Shown: positions 1 through 9,505, counted from the stretch's first letter. The stretch: DNA of 28,548 nucleotides from Campylobacterota bacterium (GCA_051746405.1 JBNJFB010000026.1:1-28548), one strand, 5' to 3'. Notes: generated by a model from the letters alone, not told the origin. A program made the numbers and translations.

Positions 1-1536
1 CGTGAACTTGTCTTTTTTTCTGTAATAAAGCTTTATCTGCTTTGCCTTGTCAGCTGTGACCAAGATATTGCCTTTGTTGGTGCTGTCTATGGCTCTGATT
101 TGTTTTTTGTTTTTGATGATCTGCTTTGCTTTAAACTCTTGCATTCCCCATACATAGGTATCTTTTCCTGCACTAAGTACCAGTGTCTCTTTTAACTCCC
201 GCATCGCCTCAAAGTCAGTGTTTGCAAGGTTGCCTAAATCTAAGTGAAAGTTTTGATCCTCTTGTAAAAAATGCATCGCCAAAGACATATCAGAAAGTAT
301 CTTTCCCTTAAATCCGTTTTTAAAATAGTAAAGATCATAAATGAAAATATTGCCATCAGTATCTCTGCTTGCAACTAGTCCTGTGTTATTTGTGGTTACT
401 CTGTAGGTGTTGGATGTATGCTTTTTAAAAGTCTTGTGAGCTTTTGAAAAAAAGTTATACATATACACTTTGCCACTGTAGGTTGCAAAAACCAGCCACT
501 TGCCGTCATCTGTGATAGTCATATCATTGATAAAGCTGATATTGTCATCATATCGCCGCTTTAGCTTCATATCCTGCATGGCAAAGATAGCCCCACTGTC
601 ATCGCCAATAAGTAGCTCTTTTCTATGTGTATCAACACTTAAAGAGGTATGCATCTCTTGTGTAGGAGAGATATAAGTGTCTGTTTTTTTGCCCTCTAGA
701 TTAAATACATCAACTCTGTCCTTGCCCTCCCAGTGAGCAAGTCCCGCGATGTGGTTTTCATCTAAAAAAACGACTTTTTTGTAATCATCTTTACCCGTAT
801 CAAGTATGCGTATGGGTTTGTCGCTGCCAGTTTTGTACAGATAAAAACTGTTTTTTATACCACCACTCCACCGCTTGGTAGCAAGCACTAGGCGATTTTT
901 ACCTTTATCAAGTGCAAAGCTTTTTAGCTCCCTATCTAAAAATATCTTTTGCTCTGCCTCCCCAGTTAATGCGTTCCAAATATATAAGTTCTCCTCATCC
1001 ATCGTGATCGCTTTGTATTTATTTTTGGTTTGATATAAAGCTGAATCAATCACATCGTTTTCATGCAAAGCAAAAGATTGTACAGGTTTTAAACTATCAA
1101 AATCCCATACTTTTGCCCCTTTTTTGCTTGTACTAAGCAGGTATCTGTCATCTTTACTTAAAGATATAGAAAGCAATGTATAGTCATGGGCTAAAAAACG
1201 CTTTATCGCCTTGCCACTTTGCACATCCCAGATGATGATATGGCCTTTGCGTGAAGCGCTGATAAGGCGCTTGTCATCACTACTAAAAGTAAGACTCCAT
1301 ACATGACCGTTATCTTTGTGATACATAGTATGAAGAATTTTCGCACTCTTTTTATCCCAAAGAACAACCTTTTTCCATGAACCTGAAGCGATAAATCGTC
1401 CGTTGTTGCTAAAAGTTGTGGTATAAACAGCAGTATTATGCCCTATTTGCAAGTAGGGTTTTTGTGGTGGTTGGGCATAAATACTTGAAACAGAAACTAC
1501 CAAAAATACAAAAGTATACAAAAAATAGTGCTTCAT
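1..1536 (-). CDS. Secreted or periplasmic WD40-repeat (beta-propeller) protein, 3'-partial (at least 512 aa, runs off the left edge)
   Basis: Not in the ORF track. I read the minus frame by hand: ATG at 1536, SD-like AAAGGGG upstream, no stop down to base 1. N-terminus MKHYFLYTFVFLVVSVSSIYA|QPPQ looks like a Sec signal peptide. WD40 units include GHNTAVYTTTFSNNGRFIASGSWKKVVLWD, GHVWSLTFSSDDKRLISASRKGHIIIWD and AHDYTLLSISLSKDDRYLLSTSKKGAKVWD. Confidence 0.9.
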   Translation of the reverse strand, partial: MKHYFLYTFVFLVVSVSSIYAQPPQKPYLQIGHNTAVYTTTFSNNGRFIASGSWKKVVLWDKKSAKILHTMYHKDNGHVWSLTFSSDDKRLISASRKGHIIIWDVQSGKAIKRFLAHDYTLLSISLSKDDRYLLSTSKKGAKVWDFDSLKPVQSFALHENDVIDSALYQTKNKYKAITMDEENLYIWNALTGEAEQKIFLDRELKSFALDKGKNRLVLATKRWSGGIKNSFYLYKTGSDKPIRILDTGKDDYKKVVFLDENHIAGLAHWEGKDRVDVFNLEGKKTDTYISPTQEMHTSLSVDTHRKELLIGDDSGAIFAMQDMKLKRRYDDNISFINDMTITDDGKWLVFATYSGKVYMYNFFSKAHKTFKKHTSNTYRVTTNNTGLVASRDTDGNIFIYDLYYFKNGFKGKILSDMSLAMHFLQEDQNFHLDLGNLANTDFEAMRELKETLVLSAGKDTYVWGMQEFKAKQIIKNKKQIRAIDSTNKGNILVTADKAKQIKLYYRKKDKFT

Positions 1537-1568
1537 TTATGCCCCTTTTTTATAAGAATATAATTTTA

Positions 1569-1574
1569 ATTATA
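1569..1574 (-). promoter_or_regulatory. Putative sigma70 -10 box (TATAAT) for the WD40 gene
   Basis: Perfect TATAAT on the minus strand just after the exbD stop and about 32 nt before the ATG; lies within a 7-2-7 inverted repeat TATAATT-tt-AATTATA (1559-1574). The AT-rich context weakens the call. Confidence 0.4.
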
Positions 1575-1579
1575 CAATC

Positions 1580-1963
1580 TTATTTTTCATTTGTTACTAA
1601 AGCAAGGTTGTTTAAATCATATTTTTGAAGTAAATCTAATACTTTTACAACTCTTTCATATTTTACACTTTTATCGATACGTACTATGATAGCTTGATTT
1701 TTATTTTCAACTTCACTTAGGTTGTTTTCTAAGGATTTAAAAGATACTTCAATACCTTTAATTGCTAATTTTTTTTCATCTAATTCTATAAAAATCTCAT
1801 CTTTTTTTACTTCAATTGCTTTTGAGTTTGAAGATGGCAAGTCTAGCATTAAAGCTAATTCATCTTTTTTAAATACAGAGGTAACTATAAAAAAAAGTAG
1901 TAGTATAAAAACCACATCAATTACAGGGGTTAAATCCAACCCTAAAGGCTCTCTTCTTTTCAT
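1580..1963 (-). CDS. exbD: Biopolymer transport protein ExbD/TolR
   Basis: DLTPVIDVVFILLLFFIVTS transmembrane motif with the conserved Asp, and IVRIDKSVKYERVVKVLDLL; directly follows an ExbB-family gene. Confidence 0.9.
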   Translation of the reverse strand: MKRREPLGLDLTPVIDVVFILLLFFIVTSVFKKDELALMLDLPSSNSKAIEVKKDEIFIELDEKKLAIKGIEVSFKSLENNLSEVENKNQAIIVRIDKSVKYERVVKVLDLLQKYDLNNLALVTNEK

Positions 1964-1965
1964 GG

Positions 1966-2433
1966 CTATTTTAATATACTCTTTTTTGCTTTTAGTTCAA
2001 TTGTATCAAGGGCTGAAATAAAGTGATTATATGCTAAGTGATGGGGTATTGCCACTATTAATCCAGCAATAGTAGTAATAAGTGCAACTGCAATTCCACT
2101 TGAAAATATAGTGGGATCACCTAAGCCATTTTCTGTAATAGCTTCAAATGAGTTATAAACCCCAATAACTGTACCTAAAAGTCCAAGTAGTGGAGCAATA
2201 GTAGCAATATTTTTTATATATGTAAGTCCTGATTCTAGTTTTTTTATCTCATACTCTATTGTTGAGTTTTTATCATTTTCATCTGTTATTTGAGTTTTGA
2301 TTTTGTTTATAATACTTTTTTTTCTAGGAAGAGTGAACATTTTCCATAATATAATTGTAAAACCTATGATATTCAAAGCTATTAATACATAAACTATTGG
2401 TCCACCTTTTTCAATGTAGTACATTAAATCCAT
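1966..2433 (-). CDS. exbB: MotA/TolQ/ExbB proton channel family protein
   Basis: IATIAPLLGLLGTVIG and GIAVALITTIAGLIVAIP signatures; SD AAAGG upstream. Confidence 0.9.
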   Translation of the reverse strand: MDLMYYIEKGGPIVYVLIALNIIGFTIILWKMFTLPRKKSIINKIKTQITDENDKNSTIEYEIKKLESGLTYIKNIATIAPLLGLLGTVIGVYNSFEAITENGLGDPTIFSSGIAVALITTIAGLIVAIPHHLAYNHFISALDTIELKAKKSILK

Positions 2434-2459
2434 AAAAAACCTTTTTAAATATTTTTGTT

Positions 2460-2465
2460 ATTGTA
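2460..2465 (-). promoter_or_regulatory. Putative -10 box (TACAAT) for exbB-exbD
   Basis: Minus strand ttgTACAAT about 26 nt upstream of the exbB ATG. Confidence 0.4.
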
Positions 2466-2484
2466 CAAAAAGTTTATTAATAAA

Positions 2485-2493
2485 TGCTACAAT
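2485..2493 (+). promoter_or_regulatory. Extended -10 (TGcTACAAT), probably driving a leaderless transcript
   Basis: TG-n-TACAAT followed by exactly 6 nt and then the ATG at 2500; no SD. Confidence 0.55.
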
Positions 2494-2499
2494 TACATT

Positions 2500-3357
2500 A
2501 TGAGTTTTATAAATTCCCCAATTCAAAAAGTAGTTTACAATAATAAAAGTTTGTATATAAAGCGTGATGATTTACTTCATGAAGATTTCTCAGGAAATAA
2601 AGCTAGAAAGTTTTATTATTTTTTAAAAAACGAGTTTTTAGATATAAAAAAAATAGTATCACATGGTTCTTGTCAATCAAATGCAATGTACTCTTTATCT
2701 GTTTTAGCAAAGCTTAGAGGTTGGAAGTTTGATTATTATGTTAATCATATTCCCTCATATTTACAAGATAATCCAATAGGTAATTATAAGCAGGCTTTAA
2801 AAAATGGTATGAATATAAAGATTGATAATATACCTTTGCATTTTAAAAAAAGTGAACTTTTTATAAATGAGGGTGGTGCTTTAAAACAAGCCCAGTATGG
2901 TATAGAGATTTTAGCAAATGAGATTATAGCTTGGGCAAATCAAAATAAAATAGAAAATTTAAAAGTTTTTTTGCCCTCAGGTACAGGAACTACAGCACTC
3001 TTCTTACAAAAGTTTTTGCCTTTTGAGGTTCTTACTTGCTCTTGTGTAGGTGATGATGATTACTTGAAAAAACAGTTTGAACAGCTTGAAGCTACTAATC
3101 ATCCCAATATTTTAAAAAAACAAAAAAAGTATCACTTTGGTAAGCTTTACAAAGATTTATATGAGACTTATAATGATTTGTATAGTCAAACAAATATTGA
3201 GTTTGATTTACTTTATGATAGCGTTGGTTTTATGACTTTGAAAAGTTATTTAGATGAACTTTTAGAAACTAGTGAGGTTTTATATATTCATCAAGGTGGA
3301 TTAAAAGGTAATATCTCTATGCTTCAAAGGTATAAACATAAGTATGATAAAACTTAA
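2500..3357 (+). CDS. PLP-dependent enzyme, ACC deaminase/D-cysteine desulfhydrase family
   Basis: KRDDLLHEDFSGNKARK (PLP Lys), GSCQSNAM, PSGTGTTA, FDLLYD and YIHQGG. Start moved from the track's TTG at 2455 to the in-frame ATG at 2500. Confidence 0.85.
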   Translation: MSFINSPIQKVVYNNKSLYIKRDDLLHEDFSGNKARKFYYFLKNEFLDIKKIVSHGSCQSNAMYSLSVLAKLRGWKFDYYVNHIPSYLQDNPIGNYKQALKNGMNIKIDNIPLHFKKSELFINEGGALKQAQYGIEILANEIIAWANQNKIENLKVFLPSGTGTTALFLQKFLPFEVLTCSCVGDDDYLKKQFEQLEATNHPNILKKQKKYHFGKLYKDLYETYNDLYSQTNIEFDLLYDSVGFMTLKSYLDELLETSEVLYIHQGGLKGNISMLQRYKHKYDKT

Positions 3358-3415
3358 AATTTATAAATTGTTTTGAGTTGAATTTTGTTTATGATAAGTT
3401 TTACAAACTTTTAGA

Positions 3416-3421
3416 TATAAT
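3416..3421 (+). promoter_or_regulatory. -10 box TATAAT for aroK-hisD
   Basis: Perfect TATAAT 8 nt upstream of the aroK ATG; no SD. Confidence 0.55.
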
Positions 3422-3429
3422 CTTTCACT

Positions 3430-3933
3430 ATGGAAAAGACAAATATAATATTAATAGGTTTTATGGGTGTTGGTAAGGGTACAGTAGCAAGAGCTTTAGT
3501 AAAAGCATCAGATATGATGGCTGTTGATACTGATGATATAATTGAAAGTGTGGAAAATAGAAAAATTAAAAAAATTTTTGAAACAGATGGTGAACCATAC
3601 TTTAGAAAGCTTGAAAAGAAGACGGCACTTTGGTTGGAAAATAGTGTTGATAATACTATTATATCAACAGGTGGAGGCTTTTATAAACAAGAGAATTTAA
3701 AAAATATAGGCAAAGTAATATATTTAAAATCTTCATTTGAAGGTATTTTAAATAGAATTTATAGTTGTGAAAATGCCCAAAAAAAATTAAAGAAAAGACC
3801 ACTTTTAAATGATTTAAAAGCTGCTAAAAAGCTTTATAGTGAAAGAATAAGTCAATATGAAAAAGTTGCAGATGAGACTGTTGTAGTTGAAAATAAAGAT
3901 TTAGAAGATATTGTAAAAGAGATATTAGGATAA
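3430..3933 (+). CDS. aroK: Shikimate kinase
   Basis: LIGFMGVGKGTV P-loop, DTD, GEPYFRKLE, ISTGGG and RPLL lid. Confidence 0.95.
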   Translation: MEKTNIILIGFMGVGKGTVARALVKASDMMAVDTDDIIESVENRKIKKIFETDGEPYFRKLEKKTALWLENSVDNTIISTGGGFYKQENLKNIGKVIYLKSSFEGILNRIYSCENAQKKLKKRPLLNDLKAAKKLYSERISQYEKVADETVVVENKDLEDIVKEILG

Positions 3934-3936
3934 TAG

Positions 3937-5229
3937 ATGAAAATAGTAAATACAAAAGAGGAAAACTTTAATAATGAGTTTGAAAATATTTTAGCAAGGG
4001 CTAAAACAGATATAAAAGATGTTTCAACAATTGTAATGAATCTTATAGATGAGATTACAAATGAGGGAAATGAAGCATTAAAAAGACATATTGCAAAGTT
4101 TGATAACTGGGAAGTAAAAAGTGATGATGAACTAATCATATCACAAGAGGATATGAAAGCAGCATATGAAAATATTAACGGTGATTTAAGGGCTGCTTTG
4201 CATATGGCTTATGATAGAATCAAAGCTTATCATGAAAAACAACTTCCAAAGTCGTGGCTTGATTTTGAGAAAAATGGAACAATTCTAGGACAAAAATCAA
4301 CTCCTGTGGATAAAGCAGGTTTATATATTCCAGGTGGAAAAGCTGCATACCCAAGTAGTCTTTTAATGAATGCAATTCCAGCAATAGTTGCAGGTGTTGA
4401 TGAGATTATTGTGTGTACTCCAACTCCAAACAATGAAGTAAATGAGTTGCTTTTAGCTGCATGTCACTTATGTAAAATATCAAAAGCTTACAAAGTGGGT
4501 GGAGCTTCTGCAATTGCTGCTATGGCTTATGGCACGGAAACTATTCCAAAAGTTGACGTTATAACAGGTCCTGGAAATATATTTGTTGCAACTGCTAAAA
4601 AGTTAGTATTTGGTGAAGTAAATATTGATATGATTGCAGGACCATCAGAGATTGGTATTTTAGCTGATGAAACAGCTAAACCAAAATATTTAGCAATTGA
4701 TTTGCTATCACAAGCAGAGCATGATGAGATGGCTAGTTCGATTATGATTACAACCGATGAAAAGGTAGCAAACCAAACATCAAATGAGGTAGAAAACTAT
4801 TTGAAAAATCTAGAAAGAGAAGCTATAGCTAGAAAATCAATTGAAGATAGGGGTGCTATTATAGTTGCTTCAAATATGAAAGAAGCATTAGAGCTTATGA
4901 ATAAAATTGCTCCTGAACACTTAGAGGTTATGACTAAGAATCCACTTGAGTTATTACCAAAAGTTAAACATGCAGGTGCTATATTTTTAGGTGAGAATAC
5001 TCCTGAACCAATTGGTGATTATATTGCAGGTCCAAATCATACATTGCCAACGGGAAGTACAGCTAAGTTTTATAGTCCACTAAATGTTGAAAACTTTATG
5101 AAAAAAAGCTCTATTATAAACTTCTCAAAAGATGCAATAGATGAGTTAGGTGAAGCATGTGCCATACTAGCAGATGCAGAAGGACTAACAGCCCATGCTA
5201 AATCAGTAAGAGTAAGATTAGAAGATTAA
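3937..5229 (+). CDS. hisD: Histidinol dehydrogenase
   Basis: GLYIPGGKAAYPSS, DMIAGPSE, LSQAEHD, APEHLE and DYIAGPNHTLPT. Confidence 0.98.
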   Translation: MKIVNTKEENFNNEFENILARAKTDIKDVSTIVMNLIDEITNEGNEALKRHIAKFDNWEVKSDDELIISQEDMKAAYENINGDLRAALHMAYDRIKAYHEKQLPKSWLDFEKNGTILGQKSTPVDKAGLYIPGGKAAYPSSLLMNAIPAIVAGVDEIIVCTPTPNNEVNELLLAACHLCKISKAYKVGGASAIAAMAYGTETIPKVDVITGPGNIFVATAKKLVFGEVNIDMIAGPSEIGILADETAKPKYLAIDLLSQAEHDEMASSIMITTDEKVANQTSNEVENYLKNLEREAIARKSIEDRGAIIVASNMKEALELMNKIAPEHLEVMTKNPLELLPKVKHAGAIFLGENTPEPIGDYIAGPNHTLPTGSTAKFYSPLNVENFMKKSSIINFSKDAIDELGEACAILADAEGLTAHAKSVRVRLED

Positions 5230-5254
5230 GGCTTATTAATAAATAAAAGGAAAA

Positions 5255-5560
5255 ATGATGTCATATTTTAATGAATGGTTTACAGAAGATGAAGATGATA
5301 TTTTTATGGGAAGTCCAAAATCAAAATTTTTTGATGTGGTAAGAGAGGCTTCAAGTGATGTTGTTGAGGGTGAACTTGATAAGATTGTGGAAAAAGTTGC
5401 AGTTTTAGAGATGCTTTTATCAAAACAAAAAGGCGAAGAGTTTGATGTAAATGACTTAATTGAGCAGTATAAAATAGAAAACTTCAAAGAGGTTGAAAGT
5501 ATGAAAAAAGGTCTTTATGTAGAGTACACAGGTGAGATTATTACTAGATTAGACTCATAA
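5255..5560 (+). CDS. Conserved hypothetical protein, DUF2018-like
   Basis: DDIFMGSPKSKFFDVV pattern and position upstream of polyprenyl synthase-hemA-proS, as in Campylobacterota; SD AAAGG. Confidence 0.7.
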   Translation: MMSYFNEWFTEDEDDIFMGSPKSKFFDVVREASSDVVEGELDKIVEKVAVLEMLLSKQKGEEFDVNDLIEQYKIENFKEVESMKKGLYVEYTGEIITRLDS

Positions 5561-5574
5561 ATAAGGCTGAAATA

Positions 5575-6474
5575 TTGGAAGAGTTAAAAAAAGTACAAAA
5601 TCAAATAAAAACTTTTATACAAGAGTGTGATGATAAAAAAAGCTTAGAGTTATTGGACAAATTAGCAACAGGAAAAATGCTAAGGTCTAAACTTATTTTG
5701 AAAATTGCAGGAGTTACAAAAGAGTCTGTAGAGCTTTGTGCAATTGTTGAGATGATTCATGCAGCTTCACTTTTACATGATGATGTAATTGATGATGCAA
5801 AGACAAGAAGAGGTAAACCATCTGTAAATGCCTTGTATGACAATAAAACCTCTATTATGTTTGGAGATATATTATACTCAAAAGCATTTACACAGCTGTC
5901 TTTAATGGATAAAAAAGTTGCATATACAGTTTCAAATGCAGTTACACTTTTAAGTATTGGTGAGATGATGGATGTTGATTTAACACTATCATTTAACTCA
6001 TCATTTGATAAATACAATGAAATGATTTATAAAAAAACAGCTTCACTTATTGAAGCATGTGCAAAAGCAGCTGCACTATTAGCAAATAAAGATGAACAAA
6101 AGTATGCTTTATATGGTAAAAATTTAGGTTTGGCATTTCAAATGATTGATGATATTTTAGATATTACTCAAGATAGTGATACTTTAGGAAAACCTGCGAT
6201 GCTTGATTTTGTTGAGGGTAAGGTAACTATTCCTTATCTTTTACTACATGAAAGAACAAAACATAAAGCAAAACTTGAATCACTATATAAAAAAGAGTTA
6301 TCAACAGATGAAGCTATGTGGATAAAAGAGCAAATGAAAACTACAAATGCTTTAGATGACTCTATAAAATTAGCAAAAAAACTTGGAAATGAAGCTATTG
6401 ATATCATAAAAGATGAACAAGATAATGAATCACTTATTTTAATAATGAAAGCTATGATTGAAAGAGAGTTTTAA
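5575..6474 (+). CDS. ispB: Polyprenyl (octaprenyl-type) diphosphate synthase
   Basis: GKMLRS, first aspartate-rich motif LLHDDVIDD followed by RRG, KTA, and second motif FQMIDDILD; TTG start with AAGG SD. Confidence 0.9.
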   Translation: MEELKKVQNQIKTFIQECDDKKSLELLDKLATGKMLRSKLILKIAGVTKESVELCAIVEMIHAASLLHDDVIDDAKTRRGKPSVNALYDNKTSIMFGDILYSKAFTQLSLMDKKVAYTVSNAVTLLSIGEMMDVDLTLSFNSSFDKYNEMIYKKTASLIEACAKAAALLANKDEQKYALYGKNLGLAFQMIDDILDITQDSDTLGKPAMLDFVEGKVTIPYLLLHERTKHKAKLESLYKKELSTDEAMWIKEQMKTTNALDDSIKLAKKLGNEAIDIIKDEQDNESLILIMKAMIEREF

Positions 6475-7770
6475 ATGAGTTACTTAATAATCAGCTTTTC
6501 CCATAAAAATACTGATATATCAATGAGAGAGAAGCTTGCTTTTAATGGTGATGAAGATAAAGATAGATTTATAAGAGCAGTACTTGAATTTCAATCAACA
6601 AAAGAAGCAGTAGTATTATCCACATGTAATAGAGTAGAGATTATTACAAGGTCAAGTAATGTAAAGCAAAGTTCTAAAGATATACTACAAAAATTAGCAA
6701 AATACTCTTATATAGAGTTTGATACACTTTTTGATAGGGCTGATATTTATGATAATGAAAGTGCTATTCATCATCTATTTACAGTTGCATCTGCACTTGA
6801 TTCTTTAGTCATAGGTGAAACGCAAATTGTGGGCCAATTAAAAGATGCTTTTAGGTTTTCTCAATCTAAAGATTACTGTGATATAGCTATAACAAGAGCA
6901 ATGCACTATGCTTTTAAATGTGCAGCTTCGGTTAGAAGCTCCACATCTTTAGGTACAGGTTCTGTCTCTGTTGCAAGTACTGCTGTTGCTAAGGCCAAAG
7001 AGCTAATAGAAGATACAAAAGGTGTAAAAGCATTAGTAATAGGTGCAGGTGAAATGAGTGAATTGACTATTAAGCATTTAATTGCTTCGCAGTTTGATAT
7101 TATTCTTATAAGTAGGGATATGAAAAAAGCTCAACTTTTAGCAAATAGCTTTGATAAAGATATTGAAATTTATCCATATGATAATTTAAAAGAGCTTCTA
7201 TCCCAAACAAAAGTAATGATTACAGCAACCTCTGCACCATATCCAATAATCACAAAAGAGCTAGTGTCTGAAGTGGCATTTGAACGATATTGGTTTGATA
7301 TAGCAGTTCCTAGAGATATTGAAGATATAGAGATGTCAAAGCTAGAAATTTTTGCAGTTGATGATTTACAAGGTATAGTAAGTCAAAATATGACTTTAAG
7401 AGCAAAGCAAGCAAAAGCTGCTTATGGAATTGTAAGTAGAATGTCTGTTGAATTTTTTGATTGGCTTAAGTCTTTAGAGATTGAACCTGTAATAAAAAAT
7501 CTTTACTTAAAAGGTGAAGATGTTATAAACAAAAAAGTTAATAATGCAATAAAAAAAGGTTTTATAAAAAAAGATGATGAAGAGAATATCAAAAAACTTT
7601 GTCAAACAGTTATAACAGAGTATTTACATGTGCCATCAAAACAGTTAAAAGAGATTTCTAAAAATACAGAGTGTGAAATGGTTGTAGCAGCTGTTCAAAA
7701 TCTTTTTGCTGCAAATAAAGACTCATCACTTTTTGATGAGTATAAATGTGAATTTTCAGATAATAAATAG
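6475..7770 (+). CDS. hemA: Glutamyl-tRNA reductase
   Basis: LSTCNRVE (catalytic Cys), LDSLVIGETQIVGQ, IGAGEM (NADPH binding) and DIAVPRDI. Confidence 0.97.
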   Translation: MSYLIISFSHKNTDISMREKLAFNGDEDKDRFIRAVLEFQSTKEAVVLSTCNRVEIITRSSNVKQSSKDILQKLAKYSYIEFDTLFDRADIYDNESAIHHLFTVASALDSLVIGETQIVGQLKDAFRFSQSKDYCDIAITRAMHYAFKCAASVRSSTSLGTGSVSVASTAVAKAKELIEDTKGVKALVIGAGEMSELTIKHLIASQFDIILISRDMKKAQLLANSFDKDIEIYPYDNLKELLSQTKVMITATSAPYPIITKELVSEVAFERYWFDIAVPRDIEDIEMSKLEIFAVDDLQGIVSQNMTLRAKQAKAAYGIVSRMSVEFFDWLKSLEIEPVIKNLYLKGEDVINKKVNNAIKKGFIKKDDEENIKKLCQTVITEYLHVPSKQLKEISKNTECEMVVAAVQNLFAANKDSSLFDEYKCEFSDNK

Positions 7771-7789
7771 AATAATAGGAAGTGTATAA

Positions 7790-9496
7790 ATGAAATTTAG
7801 TAATATGTTTATTTCAACAACAAAAGAAGCACCAAAAGATGCTACTTTAGCATCTCATCAGTACTTAGTAAGAGGTGGATTTATTTCTCAAACAGGTGCG
7901 GGAATTTATGATTATATGCCACTTGGAAAAATTGTATTAGATAAAATTAGAGCTGTAGTAAAAGAAGAGATGGATAAAAGTAAAGCCAATGAAGTGCAGT
8001 TTGGTTTCGTAACTCCACTATCACTTTGGGAGCAATCAGGAAGAGCTAGTACTATGGGTCGTGAGCTTTTAAAGTTCAAAGATAGAAAAAATGGTGATTA
8101 TGTGCTATCTCCTACAAATGAAGAAGCTGTAGTAAATATGGTAAAAAATAGAATTACTTCATATAAAGACTTACCTATTAATCTTTATCAAATCTATACA
8201 AAGTTTAGGGATGAAGCAAGACCTAGATTTGGGCTTATGAGAGGTAGAGAGTTTTTGATGAAAGATGCTTACTCTTTTCATGAATCACAAGAGGATTTAG
8301 CAAGAGAGTTTAATCTAATGGAAGAGACTTATAAAAATATTTATAATAGACTTGGATTAGATTTTAGAGTAGTTGAAGCTGATAGTGGTGCTATTGGTGG
8401 AAGTGGTTCTAAAGAGTTTATGGTACTTGCAAATAGTGGAGAGGATACTATTGTTGTGTGTCCTAATTGTGAGTATGGAGCAAATATTGAAGCTGCTATT
8501 AGAAAGCCAAATAAAAAACCTGTATTAGAAAGCTCAAATCTTCAAAAAGTAGAAACACCAGAGTGTAAAACTATTCAAGAAGTAAGTTCATTTTTAGATA
8601 TAGATGCTTACTACTCAATGAAAGCAGTAATAAAAAAAGCTATTTATGAAGAGGAAACTAAAATAGTTGTCTTTTTTGTTAGAGGAGTTGATGAGCTTGA
8701 AGAAACAAAGGCGTGCAATGCAATTAATGCTTTAGAGTTGGAAGATGCTAGTGAAGAACAGATTAAAGAAGCTGGATTAGTTTCAGGTTATTGTGGAATT
8801 GTTGATTTACCAAAAGATATTAAAGTTGTGATTGACAATGAATTAAAAGAGGATAATAATCTAGTTTGTGGTGCTAATGAAGATAACTATCACTATACAG
8901 GGGTTGATTTAACAACCATAGAAAATCTATGTTTTGATGATTTAATTACTGTACAGCAGGGTGATACTTGTACTTGTTGTGGAAGTAAGTTAGAGTACAC
9001 AAAAGGTATTGAAGCTGGGCATATTTTTCAACTTGGCACAAAATACTCAGAAGCCATGGATGCAAAATTTTTAGATGCAAATGGAAAAGCAAGACCTTTT
9101 GAAATGGGATGTTATGGTATTGGTGTATCAAGATTGGTTGCTGCTGTTATTGAACAAAATCATGATGAAAAAGGCTGTATCTGGACAAAAACAACAGCTC
9201 CATTTTTAGTGGATGTGATTGTTTCAAATGCAAAAAAAGAGGATGAACTTGAAGCTGGTATGAATATTTACGAGCAACTAAAACAAAACGGTATAGAAGC
9301 AATTATTGATGATAGAAAAAAAGAGAGATTTGGCTTTAAAATGGGTGATTTTGAATTGATAGGATTCCCATATGCTGTGGTAATTGGAAAGAAACTAAAA
9401 GAAGATAAAGTAGAAATAGTAAATAGAAAAACTTTAGAGAAAACAGAAGTTCCGCTGCAAGAGTGCGTAAATAAGCTTTTAAATCTAATTAAATAA
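7790..9496 (+). CDS. proS: Proline--tRNA ligase (bacterial type with editing insertion)
   Basis: [40 protein letters not shown] and [10 protein letters not shown]. Confidence 0.98.
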   Translation: MKFSNMFISTTKEAPKDATLASHQYLVRGGFISQTGAGIYDYMPLGKIVLDKIRAVVKEEMDKSKANEVQFGFVTPLSLWEQSGRASTMGRELLKFKDRKNGDYVLSPTNEEAVVNMVKNRITSYKDLPINLYQIYTKFRDEARPRFGLMRGREFLMKDAYSFHESQEDLAREFNLMEETYKNIYNRLGLDFRVVEADSGAIGGSGSKEFMVLANSGEDTIVVCPNCEYGANIEAAIRKPNKKPVLESSNLQKVETPECKTIQEVSSFLDIDAYYSMKAVIKKAIYEEETKIVVFFVRGVDELEETKACNAINALELEDASEEQIKEAGLVSGYCGIVDLPKDIKVVIDNELKEDNNLVCGANEDNYHYTGVDLTTIENLCFDDLITVQQGDTCTCCGSKLEYTKGIEAGHIFQLGTKYSEAMDAKFLDANGKARPFEMGCYGIGVSRLVAAVIEQNHDEKGCIWTKTTAPFLVDVIVSNAKKEDELEAGMNIYEQLKQNGIEAIIDDRKKERFGFKMGDFELIGFPYAVVIGKKLKEDKVEIVNRKTLEKTEVPLQECVNKLLNLIK

Positions 9497-9505
9497 GGGA
9501 ATATC

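Noticed and set aside
1416..2021. Plus-strand ORFs 1416-1628 and 1722-2021
   Set aside because: Antisense shadows of the WD40, exbD and exbB genes; no SD or recognisable motifs.
2455..2499. N-terminal extension of the PLP enzyme from TTG 2455
   Set aside because: It covers the divergent promoter region and has no SD; ATG 2500 fits better.
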